DNA from: Azolla caroliniana
Taxonomy: Eukaryota > Plantae > Polypodiophyta
Direction of reading: 5' to 3'
Length of the DNA stretch: 64,000 nucleotides
Assembly: GCA_043228905.1 (NCBI GenBank)
Contig: JBHGNT010000016.1
Span: 12,834,001-12,898,000 of the forward strand
The position numbers and the translations under genes are program-made. Shown here one piece after another: positions 11,752 through 23,500 of the stretch. The notes beneath the pieces were generated by a model. That model made no database searches. It was not told the DNA's origin and was given only the letters and a program-made list of their open reading frames with translations. Each line of letters opens with the position of its first letter. The first letter of the stretch is position 1.

Positions 11752-13696
11752 GACGGGTGGCAAGGAGATGGAGAATCAACAAGAGGCGATGAACATGATG
11801 ATGATAATGTTTGAGCGGATGCAACAAGAACAACGTGCGATGTCGGAGATGAAGGCGGCAGTAGAGCGGCTTCTGCGACGAAACGGGGAATTCAACGGTA
11901 AGGGTGTGTCACGCTACCTACGTGAATATAAGGCGGAGATGATGCAATATCGGATACCGGAAGGATTGCAAGTGATATCCTTTAGTCGGGTGGCCTCGGA
12001 CGAACTACAAGAGAGAATCCACAAGATACAACAACAAAACTCGACATGGGAGTCCTTTGAAGAAGCTTTACGGGAGGCATATGACTATGAGAGATGGACG
12101 GGACGAGATCGACGAGAATTCGACGAATGGGTGGCGTCGGAGAAGACTCACCGAAGTGCAACGCAAGCGTTCCTAGAGTTCGAGCATCGTTTTGCTCGAC
12201 TCTCGGAGCGGGAACGAAGATTGGTGGGAGAAGATAAAGTCTTAATGTTCGTAAGATCGATCGATCGGAAAGAAAGGATGGACATTGGGATCGAACTCGA
12301 AGATGATGACGGTGCGAACGGCCTTACCGAGGATTGGGCCAAAGTCGAAAGGGTATGCCGAAGACATGATGAAAGGAAGCTAAGAATCTCGTCAACAACG
12401 ACATGGCCGATGAAGGATGGTCGATTGAGGAAAAACGATGAAGCCAATATGAAGGCCGAAATACAACATGATGGTACCACGGGAGAAAGAGTGGAACAAG
12501 ACACCCACTCGTCTTGTGAAAGAACGATGGCGAAGGATAAGGCCGATAATTCAAGTGTAGAAGGAAATTTCGGGATACAAGTGCCCGAGACATCGGGTCA
12601 AAAAGGGGTAAGCATAATAGATGTTTGCATAATTGATGCAGATAAAGAGTGTGAAGCGGATGTGATTAAGGAGGTAGCCACAAAAGACAAAATCGAATCG
12701 GAGGTGGCTATGGACGAATCAATGGCGGATGGCCATATCGAGACTTCCCCACCACTAATTCTAGAGACTCCGGCGGTTGCGATCGAAAGGCAACGTGAGA
12801 CCGAAGAGACGGAAGGTGGCGGAGAGAAAACGAATGTCGAAGCCGACGAATATGATGAAGAGATAGCCGAGAAGAATGCTAAGGGTGAAACTACGAAAGA
12901 AGGTAATACCGAGGATTCATGCCAACAATATCTAGAGACTTCGGCGGTTGTGTCCGAGAACCAACGTGAGACCGAAGAGACGGGAGATGGCGGCGAGGAA
13001 AGTAAAGTCGGAAGTCGGTTCGGATGGAAAATGATCCATCCGAAATTCCAATCTAAAAGAAAGTGCGACAATGCGGAGGTCGGGTCTACGACGGGAGAAG
13101 CGCGTAATACAGAGCACGCTCTACGGCAAATAAAGAAACGCGTGTTATGGCGAATAAAGAAGCACGCGCTACGGCGAGAAAAGAAGCATGCATTACAACC
13201 ACACGAGGACCGAACAACGAGCACATATCGGAGGACCTACGTAGCGAACAACGGAAAGAAGTGCCGAAAGTCGAACCGGACAAGGCAGGTGAAAACGAAG
13301 AAAAGAAAGCAAATCCGGACGAAAAGAAAAGAAAAGAAACCGACCCGAAAGAGCACTGAATCGGTAAAAACCGATCAACCGAGTCCGGATCGACCGAATA
13401 CAAATCGGAAAGGAAGCCGAACTAAACGAAAGACGATCCGACGAGACCGAATCGGAAGTAAGCTAATCCGACTAAACCGAAAATCCGAAAAGAAGTCGAG
13501 ATTGATGAAGAAAAGAAAGAGGGCAAGAAAAGATACTACCGCGGATGACAAGGACCAAGCGGGCCATGCAAAAAGCGAACGAAGACTATGGTGGATCGGA
13601 TGTCGACAATGGTTCGGGTGGAAAGAATGGGTCTACTCAAAATGGAGAGACAAAGTTGACATAGCGGGACAAACGGAGGATGAAGGAGGAGACTAA
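11747..13696 (+). CDS. Gag-like protein with long acidic and then very basic extension (649 aa; first ATG at 11768)
   Basis: Longest ORF in the window. N-terminal GEFNGKGVSRYLREYKAEM...TWESFEEAL resembles the gypsy gag remnant at 35347-35679 (GRFGGMNAMSYLEAYRAEM...TWEEFEGRL). Confidence 0.82.
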   Translation: MKTGGKEMENQQEAMNMMMIMFERMQQEQRAMSEMKAAVERLLRRNGEFNGKGVSRYLREYKAEMMQYRIPEGLQVISFSRVASDELQERIHKIQQQNSTWESFEEALREAYDYERWTGRDRREFDEWVASEKTHRSATQAFLEFEHRFARLSERERRLVGEDKVLMFVRSIDRKERMDIGIELEDDDGANGLTEDWAKVERVCRRHDERKLRISSTTTWPMKDGRLRKNDEANMKAEIQHDGTTGERVEQDTHSSCERTMAKDKADNSSVEGNFGIQVPETSGQKGVSIIDVCIIDADKECEADVIKEVATKDKIESEVAMDESMADGHIETSPPLILETPAVAIERQRETEETEGGGEKTNVEADEYDEEIAEKNAKGETTKEGNTEDSCQQYLETSAVVSENQRETEETGDGGEESKVGSRFGWKMIHPKFQSKRKCDNAEVGSTTGEARNTEHALRQIKKRVLWRIKKHALRREKKHALQPHEDRTTSTYRRTYVANNGKKCRKSNRTRQVKTKKRKQIRTKRKEKKPTRKSTESVKTDQPSPDRPNTNRKGSRTKRKTIRRDRIGSKLIRLNRKSEKKSRLMKKRKRARKDTTADDKDQAGHAKSERRLWWIGCRQWFGWKEWVYSKWRDKVDIAGQTEDEGGD

Positions 13697-13850
13697 CAAA
13701 CACCAACAACTTCGGCACATACCGGAGGATGTGCGGGTTTGGAGGGGGTGAGTGTCGTAGTGTATTTTGTACACTACGTGAAAAACGTATATAGTATTAG
13801 ATTCAATAAAAAATGAAGAAATAGAAGAAAATAGCAAAATAAATGGAACA

Positions 13851-13922
13851 TGCATAGGGCAAGATTCGAACCTTGCACCTCCATGTTAATAATGTAATGT
13901 CTTACCATTACACTAACATTTC
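13851..13922 (-). promoter_or_regulatory. tRNA-like Pol III internal promoter (A-box and B-box) in the 3' LTR
   Basis: Minus strand TAGTGTAATGG...GCAAGGTTCGAATCTTGC; same 44-nt spacing as the 5' LTR; D-arm-like GTGT/ACAT and T-arm-like GCAAG/CTTGC pairing. Confidence 0.6.
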
Positions 13923-15927
13923 ATTAGTGTTAAAGCATAGATGTCCCACATAGAAAGGTAAATTCACGCTAGGATAAACATTAGAAAAACGCATAACAAA
14001 AGAAAAAGCTACACATACACATCTAGCGTGCATGATAAAAAAACGCACAAGTTAGAAAAAGCATGATCACTTTAGATAAAGCATATAGTCTATCTATAGG
14101 AAAAGCATGGGGTCTATAGTTAGAGAAAAAGCATGGATTACTAAGACTTCTTCATCACTACATAAGGATGGGAAGCACAATGTAATTGTGTGTGAAAAAT
14201 ATTTGGAAACTAGATATGTTTCTAAAAAACACCAATTAATAAACTATACTCGTGGGATTCATGAGAATTCTATATCATTCTCTTTCAACCGAAGTTTATA
14301 TTCTTATATTCATATTGATTAATCTAATACAATACACTCGTGGGATTCACGAGTTTGCTATAACTCTTTCTTACAACATATTTATATTCTTATTAGCCTT
14401 AAAACTCTCCTCTTCCTAGTCCAAAACCCCAGCGGTTCCCACCCGACTCACGAAACGATCCGGAGCCGAAAGGCACGACAACGCGGACAGACAGAAGATT
14501 GGATCATGCAACAAACTAAAGTAAAGTGAAGAGAACTAAAGTAAAGGCCATGTGGACGCAAGCAACTAAAGTTTGAGTGCATACAAAAAGTAAAGGTCAT
14601 GTGGACAGTCACATGCAACTAAAAGAAAAAGCCATGCAACTAAAAATAGATGCAACTAAAAGAAAAAGCTAAGCAACTAAAAGTAGAGGCCATGCAACAA
14701 AAAGTGGAAAGGCTATGATCAAGGGAGAACTCCATATATATTCGATTTTTTTTCCTACACGAGGACTCACTCTCCATATGATCTTAATTTTTTTTCTTTT
14801 CTTTGAGCTCCCCTATCTTATCGAAGCCATATCTCTCAAGTAAAACCCGAATTTCCTTATGGAAGCCATATCTTACTCATAACTCTAAATTTCCATACGG
14901 AAGCTAATCAACTCATAAAACCATAATCTGTTATCAAAGCCAAAAACCCTAATTTTCTATAGAATTTATATCTTAATTTCCTCTAATCTATTACTCTAGC
15001 CATCTCCATTAGCAAACTTTTTGTAATCCCAATCTCGGGATTAATTGTAATCTTTCTTTCTACTTGTTTATGAAATTTGTTAATCTTTTTCATTTCGGTT
15101 AATTCTTAGTACATAAATACACGAATTTGATATCCTCTAGTCAAAGGCCCTGGGGTCTTGCCTCAACGTTCACATATCCTCGTCGTATTTTCGCGACAAC
15201 GTTCAAAAAATTACACTATATAAAGTAATTATACGCTCAAATTTTTGGTAAATAGGGCTAGTTCGGGTCCATTTCTTCCATATTTGGTAAATAGGGCTTG
15301 TAGATTTGAGTGTATAATTACTTTATAAAGTGTAATTTTTTGGACATAGGGGTAGTTTGGTAAATTTGGAACTTCCAGGGGTATTCTGGTAAATAGACGA
15401 ACTTCCAGGGGTATCCAAGTACTTTCCCCTTAATTAAAGGTCAAAGGATTAAAATTATGTTACAAAAAATGACCATCACGAGTTTTAATATAGCCCATGT
15501 GGTAGTGGCATTTAGTTGAAACATGTCAGAAGCAGATAACACTATTTCACGAACTATGTAGACGTTGATTTTCTGGCGTATATTGTATTTTTCTAAAGAC
15601 GAATACCAAGTATTCTATTCATTCTATGTAGCTTCTTTTCCTGAACTATGTAGACGTTGATTTTCTGGCGTATATTGTATTTTTCTAAAGACGAATACCA
15701 AGTATTCTATTCATTCTATGTAGCTTCTTTTCCTGTTCATACCAATACTTGAACCGGAGACCTCTAGTGTATTAGACTAGCGTTATAACCAACTACACCA
15801 TCTGGACATATTAAGAAAAATAAGCTTGGATCAATTAATAAAGGACTAAGCTCGATGGAAATTCCATATGTCAATTCGAAAAGAATAAGTAGGAAACATT
15901 ATTGTTGTTGTAATCGACAATATTATG

Positions 15928-16001
15928 TGTCCAAAGCCGGATTCAAACCGGGGACCGCTAGTGTGTGAGACTAGCGGGATAGCCAAGTACACCATCTGGA
16001 T
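15928..16001 (-). pseudogene. tRNA-Val(CAC) copy with several substitutions
   Basis: Anticodon loop CT-CAC-AC retained; T-loop TTTGAAT and D-arm changes suggest a pseudogene. Confidence 0.7.
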
Positions 16002-17593
16002 CGATTTGCCATTACTAATTTAATAGTTTAACATGTATTTGTTAATTAGACCAAGCGATTGGAATGTAACACTAACATTGCAATAACGACAATGTAAGTT
16101 TTCCAAGTGGTAGTAAGATTTACCTTATAGAAGTCTTTCTGACTACATATGATTTCAATTCTAAAAGATAGCACCAATGTAAGCAAGAGATAAATAATTC
16201 TTTTCACTTCGAAATAATATATGTGCAGGACTTGCAGTTAGTTTAACATAATACTTGACTATATTGACATCAATACAATTAGCCAACCATAGATAGAACA
16301 ATAGTTATAATTTTAGTTAGTCTAAATAACACTTCTCTTGTCCAAACGTAGACAGTAACCGGAGACTTCTAATGTCTTAGAGTAGCATGAAAATAAACTA
16401 CACCATCTAAACATATCAACGATATATATTTGTCTATCTTAATTAATCTTGGTGCAATAACGATTGAAGAATGGAGTGTTCTTAGAGGAATTTCAACATA
16501 TCATTTCTGCGTAAAAGTATAGTTCAAAACATATAAATAAACCTGGACTCAAACTGAAGACCTTTAGTCTGGAGGTCTAGGGTTATAACCATCTACACTA
16601 TCTAAAAGAGATTGTGAACATCGCTCAATGTCATGCATTCTGATAAATTTGATACTCTCATTGAAACGATGTCACAACTACATGGCCATCATAAGTTTCA
16701 ATGCATCCCATGTAGTTGTCGCATTTAGGTGAAAAAAGTCTCTAGAAAGAACCATCACTAATTGACAAAAGAAATCAGCACGTATATTTTCTTGGCTTAA
16801 GGTACACGCATGAATTCCACTTAGTTTCACTAAATATATTCTAGATACCAACTCTTCTAGTCATTCTATGTAACATTTTTATTGTCCAAACCCGGACTCG
16901 ACCCGAAGATCTCTAATGTGTAAGACTAGCGTGATAACCAACTACATTATCTGGACCTAATGGTGAAGATCAATTTCATGGATTTAGATGAATTGGATAC
17001 TTCACTGAACTGATGTCAAAACTACATGTTATTATGAGTTTCAATGCATCCCATGTGGTAGTAGCGTTTAGCTCAAACAAAACTCTAGAAAGAAACATAT
17101 AGCCGTAATTGAAACAAGAAATGAACACGTCCATTTTCTTGGCTTAAGGTATGTGCATGAGATTCACTTAGTTCCACTAAATATATTCATATATATACTA
17201 ATTCTTCTACTCATTCTATGTAACATTTTCTATGGTCCAAACCCGAAGTCGAACCGAAGACCTCTAGTGTGTAAGACTAGCGTGATAACCAACTAACTAC
17301 ATTATCTAGACCTAATTGTGAAGATCAATTTCATAGATATAAATGAATTGGATACTTTCACTGAACCGATGTCAAAACTACATGGCTATTACGAGTTGAG
17401 TTTCACTGTATCCCATGTGGTAGTGGCATTAAGCTCAAACAAGTCTCTAGAAAGAAACATAGAGCCGTAATTGACACAAGAAATGAACACGTCGATATTC
17501 TTATCTTAAGGTATGCGCATAAGATCCACTTAGTTCAACTAAATATATTCATATATACTAATTCTTCAACTCATTCTATGTAACAATTTTTGT

Positions 17594-17667
17594 TGTCCAA
17601 ACACGGAGTCGAACCGAAGACCTCTAGTGTGTAAGACTAGTGTGATAACCAACTACACTATTTGGAC
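17594..17667 (-). tRNA. tRNA-Val(TAC), near intact
   Basis: Minus strand GTCCAAA TA GTGTAGTTGGTTATCAC A CTAGT CTTACAC ACTAG AGGTC TTCGG TTCGACT CCGTG TTTGGAC A: perfect acceptor and anticodon stems, one T-T mismatch in the T-stem. Confidence 0.65.
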
Positions 17668-18011
17668 ATAGTTGTAAAATCCAATTTCATAGATTCAAAG
17701 GAATTTGTTACTTTGACGGATGTGATGTCACACCCACATGGACATCACGCGTTTCAACGTACCCCATGTGGTAATGTGATTTAGGTCAAACATGTCAGAA
17801 ACAGATAGCACTATTTGACTCAAAAATGTAGATGTTTATTTTCTTGGTTATATTGTATTTTTCTCAAGAAGGATACCCATTATTCTACTCATTCAATGTA
17901 GCATCTTTTCTTGTCCAAACCGGACTTGAACCGGAGACCTCTGGTGTGTTAGACTTGCGTGATAACCAACTACATTATTTGGAAATATTGAGAATAACTA
18001 GCATGTTTTCT

Positions 18012-18084
18012 TGTCCAAACCCAAACTCGAACCGGACACCTCTAGTGTGTGAGACTAGCGTGATAACCAACTACACCATTGGAC
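18012..18084 (-). pseudogene. tRNA-Val(CAC) pseudogene
   Basis: Intact D arm and anticodon arm (CTAGT CTCACAC ACTAG); T-stem 3' strand mutated and acceptor stem 1 nt short. Confidence 0.72.
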
Positions 18085-18569
18085 CGACTTGCCATTACTA
18101 GTTTAATAGTTTGACATGTATTTCTTAATTAGACCAAGTGATTGGCATGTAACACTGACATTGGCATAACAACAATGTAAGTTTTCCAAGTGGTAGTAAG
18201 ATTTACCTTATAGAAGTCTTTCTGACGACTACATACGATTTAAATTATAAAAGATAGCACCAATGTAAGCAAGAGATGAAGAATTCTTTCTGCTTTGCAT
18301 AATACATGTGCAAGACTTGTATTTAGTTTAACATAATACTTGACTATATCGACATCATTACAATCAGGCAACCATGCAAAGAATAATAGTTATAATTTTT
18401 GTTAGTCTAAATAGCACTTCTCTTGTCCAAACGTAGACTGTAACCGGAGACCTCTAATGTGTTAGAGTGCTACGGAAATCAACTACACCATCTAAACATA
18501 TCAACGATATCTATTATTCTAGTGTGTGAGACTAGTGTGATAATCAACTCCACCCTCTGGACCCATTTG

Positions 18570-20504
18570 TCACGAAGCAAGGTTTCAAGAATAAGTCAAA
18601 CTGAAAGCAAGAAGGATGGATAAAAGTAAAAGAACAAAATACAGTCTGAAACGAACACTCATAACTCATTCATTATACCATAATCATTTGTTATCAATAA
18701 ATCTATGTTGTTTTGGATCGATATATCTTATTGATAGAGTGAAGACAGAAAGAAAAGATAAAGAATATATATAAATCTAAAACTACAAAGATCTATTGAT
18801 CATGAAAGAAGGAAGATAGAAAGAAGATACAACTACAAGTATCTAATGATATAACCAACACTCCATAAATTGTAAAGAAATCACCACAAGAAAGAGACCC
18901 CTTACCACCTTACTTTTCTTGCTTTATATAAAGTTCTCTTCCACTAGATAAATTTCCCTTGCTTTCTTTTTTATTATTTTATTAGAGTTTTTCCATCCAA
19001 TCCTATTCTTATCTATGACATAGCAATCTTCAAATTGTCATATCTCCCTGGTCCAAGCTCCAAATTTAGAGCTTTAAAATTATATGGATCGATTCGCAAG
19101 CTTTCTAACCCAAATTTGAACATGATATTTGTCTTCCAAAAGAATGAGTTATGAGCGTTTGTTGTAGACTGTGTTTTGGTGACCCCTTTTTTTCTTCTTT
19201 TACTTTTCTCCATCTTTCTTCCTTTTAGTTTGACTTATCCTTGAAACCTTGGTTCGTGATCTTGCTCTCCGGATATGAATACACCATAAATTATATTCTT
19301 GTAGACTTAAATACCTTGAATTCTAAAAACACTTTCACATTTAGCCCTCCCCCTTGCTTTTTGGTGAACCCTAAGCTACTAATAAAACCAAAAATTCTCC
19401 TTCGCCTTATTCATGGCTATAGACAAAGAAGGAGAGAATAAATAAAACAAATTATGTGAGTAAAACCCCAGCTAGTCACTAGGAAAAACATCACACTCCT
19501 AGACACACACCCACATACACATTGATAATTGCCACCGGCATCTTTCTCCTGGTCAGCACAAAGAAAGAGGTTACCACAATTACTATGTCTTTGTCAACTC
19601 TCAAAACACAAGTACGCATGTCAACATATGAATAAACCTTTTGAGCGAGCGAACCTTTCGCACAAACACCTTTAAAGCTTTGAGACTTGTTGGAGTTGTC
19701 ACCTTTTGAATTACTTTGATCTTTGATTCCACGTGAATTCCTTCTTGGCACATGACATTCTCCACACTAGCTTGTTTTGTATGTTTGACCATTTCATCTA
19801 TAATCTCATCTCGAAAAGGAAGCAAAAGTATATCTCGTTTGGTTGAATCATTCAAGGTTTGGAAGTTGATGTCTTTCTCCTTTGGAACCACAATAGTAGG
19901 TGAGACAAACTTCAAATCCTCTAACTTGATGTGGTGCATGATGCCTTCTACTCTTATTTGTGAATAGTCATTTATGAATAACTTTGGAAACTTAAGAAAA
20001 AGAGAAATAAACCTTAGATCCTCTTCTCCTTGGACATCGTTAGAAAGCGTCTTCTTTTTTCCCTTTCGGGTGATGATACTTTTCTCATCAATGACTTCTT
20101 CTTCCTCCTTAGATTTGTTCTCCCTATCCCACTAATGATTTGTTCTCCCTATCCCACGAATATTCATCAATTGTTACGCTTTCCTCTTCTTGCTTGCCAT
20201 TGTCGATAGATGATTCCTTCTCCTTTATACATTTGATTAGTTGTGGTGAATCCTTTGACGGTGATAAGTTCATGATACTCCAATCATGCATTACAAGTAA
20301 TTGTCTTGGCTCTTGATCAAATTGTTGTTGAAGAGTTGATGCCCACATAACTTTGTTGCTACTCAATGCAAATCCAAAACACAAATCTTGCACGAACAAC
20401 TTCATACACTGCAACTTGGCACTTACCAATGCTTCCTTACATGCATTGATCTCAAAAAGCCAATCTCCAGCTATCACTTCCAAGTTACCTTGTTCAGGTG
20501 GCAT
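18570..20504 (-). mobile_element. Probable 3' part of an LTR element: LTR about 18570-19339 plus unassigned internal ORF remnants
   Basis: Minus strand PPT aagggggaggg (~19344-19355) directly precedes TGTGAAAG at 19339; broken ORFs 19491-20504 have no motif I recognise. Confidence 0.5.
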
Positions 20505-23500
20505 TGGTAGCGCCCTGGTATTCAGCCTCAGTGCTCGACAAAGCTATTGTTGGCCGCTTCTTGCTGCTCCACGCAACAGCCGTGCTACAGAGAAAACATG
20601 TAACCAGAGGTGGATCGGTGATCTGATGCATCACCAGCCCAGTTCGCATCGTTATATCCGATTAGCTTCCCAGCTGTACCGTGTCGGTATAATAGTCCTC
20701 GATCATTCATGCCGCTAACATATCGGAGTATCCGATGTGTGCACTGAAGGTGCTCGACGGTCGACTTCTACATGAACTGGCTGATCACTCTGACCGAATA
20801 ACTGAGGTCGGGTCGACTGATTGTCAGGTATATGAGGCTTCTGACAATTTGTCAGAACTATTTCTCATCGCAGGTCGGTTCGGAGTTGGGACAGAGCTTT
20901 TGGTTCTGGTCCAGGGGTGTGGAGACAGGTCGGCATTCCGTCATGTTGAACTTGTACAACATATTCAACACATAGTGTCATTGTGAGAGCAATATGCCGT
21001 CGTGGGTTTGGATCACCTCGATCCCAAGAAAATAATGAAGGTCCCCCAGGTTCTTCATTTCAAATGCATCCGACAGTTGGGACTTCACTCAGCCGATTTC
21101 AACGAGGCCGGATCCGGTGATGACTAAATCATCTACATAAAGTAAGATGCAAACCGGACCGTACGGACCTTGCCGGATGAAGAACAAGGAGTCGGATTTA
21201 GAGGTCACAAACCCCATCTTACACAACTGATGCGTCATCTTCGCATTCCAAGCTTGGGGGGTTTGTTTTAGACCATAAAGTGACTTCTTAAGCCGACACC
21301 GCCGACTTGTTCATCTCCGACTGAAAACCGGGGGGCTGGATCATATAGACCTGTTCTTCAACGTCACCTTGAACAAACGGATTCATCATGTCCATTTGGT
21401 GAAGATTCCATCCCCTTGCCGCAACAACTGCCAGTACCACGCGAACCGTCATCATCTTCGCTACCGGAGCGAAGGTCTCGTCGTAGTCGATTCCGTGGGT
21501 CTGTCCGTATCCCTTCACCACTAACCGGGCCTTGTACCGGTTAACTATTGTCGGGGTGGGGGGTGAAGCCTAGAATGGCTTACGATAGTGAGAGAGCTAG
21601 AGAGAAAGACAAATTGAAAATGACACAAAATGAGAGGGGAAAAATGTTTATTCGATTACACGCCCCATTAGGGGGTTTATATAGTACATAGTGTAATGGT
21701 TAATAATATGACTGTTACAAAAAGAAGACCGTTACATTCTTGTCACATGCACATAATTTTGCATGTGCTCACACATACTCATCCTCACATACTCGTTTAC
21801 TTTACACATACACATCAACCACATCATTACACATACCCTTATGCTTCCCCGTATATTCTTACGGGTAACACATGGCATGCCAATGGGACAGTGCTATGCA
21901 TGGTGAACCCACTCGCCATGGCAACTCTTCTCGACCGGAACTCTAATCGGTCTTCTCAACGGTCGGAAATCCCTCGACCGGATCACTGCTCTACGATTGA
22001 TAACTTCGATCGGAGCTTTGCTTGACTCGAACCTTCTCGTTCGGTCAACACAAGTCATGATTGGATCATACACCAATCAACTAGTTCAATGTGGCATGGG
22101 TCTTGAAATCGTGTTGTGCATTTGTGTATTCTTCCTCTCATCATGTGAAGTGAGTTTTATATTTTTTACCCTTTGGTCTTTACAATTTTTACCCTCAAAT
22201 TTTTTGAAATTTTATTTTTGGCCCTTGTGTTTTCGAAATTCTCTCTTCTACCCTTATGTTTCTGAAGTTTTCTCTTCATACCCCTCTTCTCTTCCTTCGT
22301 TTCCTTCGTTTCCTTCTTATGTCTTCGTCTTTTGCTTGGTTCTCACTTGGTCGTACTCTTGGTCGCGTATTTGGGCCGCACTCTCGACTCCACGTCTTGG
22401 CTGCGTGTCTCAGCTGTCTTTTCGACCACGCATCTCGGTCGTAGTCTCGACCATGCATCTCAACCGTGCTTCTCGGCTGTACTCTTGACCACGCGTCTCG
22501 GCTGTATTCTTGGCCACGCGTCTCGGTCGTGCTCTCGGCCACGCATCTCGGCGGTGCTCTCGGTCGCGCGTCTGTAGCGACATCAGTCATCTCCGTGCCT
22601 TTGTGCTGGGCCGAGTCTCTCGTGTCCCCGGCCATCTCCGTTCTCGGCCGTCGCCATCTCTTGGCTGTCGGTCGGCTGCTGAACCAGCCATTTGTTAGCC
22701 ATTTCTTTGTATGGTCGCTATTTGTCATCATCTGTCCGGCCGACTCTATCGGTCGTCGGCTCGGCCGCTACTGTTAGGCGGGTTCTACCGCCATCGATCT
22801 TCGTTCATCCGCTCCGTCGGATGTCGAAGGACAGGCTCTTGGCTGATGCTTCTGTCTCAGTCGATTCTCAACCCAGTCGTCTGGCCAGCTCTGTCCGGCT
22901 GCCGCCGTCTGTCGGTTGTCAAACCGGCTCTTTCCTACGGTTGTCACTCACTTGGCCGTCTTTGTCCGGTTGGCCGTCGTCGTCCATCTGTCAGCCGGCC
23001 ATGTCTGTTCGCAGGACAAATGTCGGACGTCGTCCGTCGCCGTTCGTTGATGGCCGATTGTCCATTCGGGCTCTGTCGGACCGTCTGTTGCCGTTTGTCG
23101 GCTTTGTCGGACGTCTGCCGTCTGTTTGGCTGTACTTCCACCGGCTGGCCGTGTCTCGGTTGGCTGTCCGATAGCCAGCTCTGTTCATTGGTTGTTTGGT
23201 TGGCCGTCGACTGTCTCTGTCATCCACCGATTGGTGTTTGTTCAGCGCCATCTACGGTCCTGAACCAGGAACGAAATAGCTTCGATTGGCCCCACTTGGG
23301 ATTGAGCCACCACCATAACTTGGATCCAAATAACCACCATATCCAGTATTGGCAGCATCAGGGTGAGGAGATGGTGGTACTGGTGAACTAGGTCTCACCC
23401 CAATATTTGAGCCAGATGTAGAGTTCCCATAAGCGCTCATTGTAGATGGAGATACATTTCCACAAGGCACATTACTTCTAGAGCCATGTGATCCCTGGTT

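Larger units (their letters stand above)
11008..14480 (+). mobile_element. Non-autonomous gag-only LTR retrotransposon (3.47 kb)
   Basis: LTRs 11008-11729 and 13753-14480 (TGTCGT...ACGACA); perfect 4-bp TSD ACGC; tRNA-Trp PBS; PPT ggagggggtgag 13741-13752; single ORF with no protease, RT or integrase motifs. Confidence 0.93.
10296..15198 (+). mobile_element. Gypsy-type solo LTR, family X (10296-11007 joined to 14485-15198); strand is relative to the other copies
   Basis: TGTCGT...GCGACA termini; 4-bp TSD ACGT; AACCGG-rich core; homologous copies at 28445-29192 and 36132-37385. Confidence 0.88.
10210..15429. mobile_element. Mutator-type MITE (~315 bp when empty), split by nested LTR insertions 10296-15198
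   Basis: 10210-10295 plus 15203-15243 is the inverted repeat of about 15304-15429 (gggaaaagtacc..ggaagttccaaatttaccaaactacccct); G-starting termini; 9-bp TSD TAAATTAAA/TTAATTAAA. Confidence 0.88.
15465..18570 (-). repeat. tRNA-Val higher-order repeat array, block 2 (about 11 units)
   Basis: Units start at about 15734 (AAC class), 15928 (CAC), 16339, 16534, 16883 (TAC), 17234 (TAC), 17594 (TAC), 17912 (AAC), 18012 (CAC), 18424 and 18518 (partial CAC). Confidence 0.93.

Noticed and set aside
11747-13696. Host protein-coding gene
   Set aside because: Bounded by LTRs, PBS, PPT and a TSD, and homologous to the gypsy gag in this window.
17832-18101. Short ORFs in the array (also 47509, 49189, 50248, 63244)
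   Set aside because: Chance frames antisense to tRNA units (CPNPDSNRRPL is the typical translation of an antisense T-arm); not conserved between repeat copies.
21997-23391. ORFs of 100-226 aa in several frames
   Set aside because: GC-rich repetitive interior of the non-autonomous element; open in multiple frames with no domain motif.
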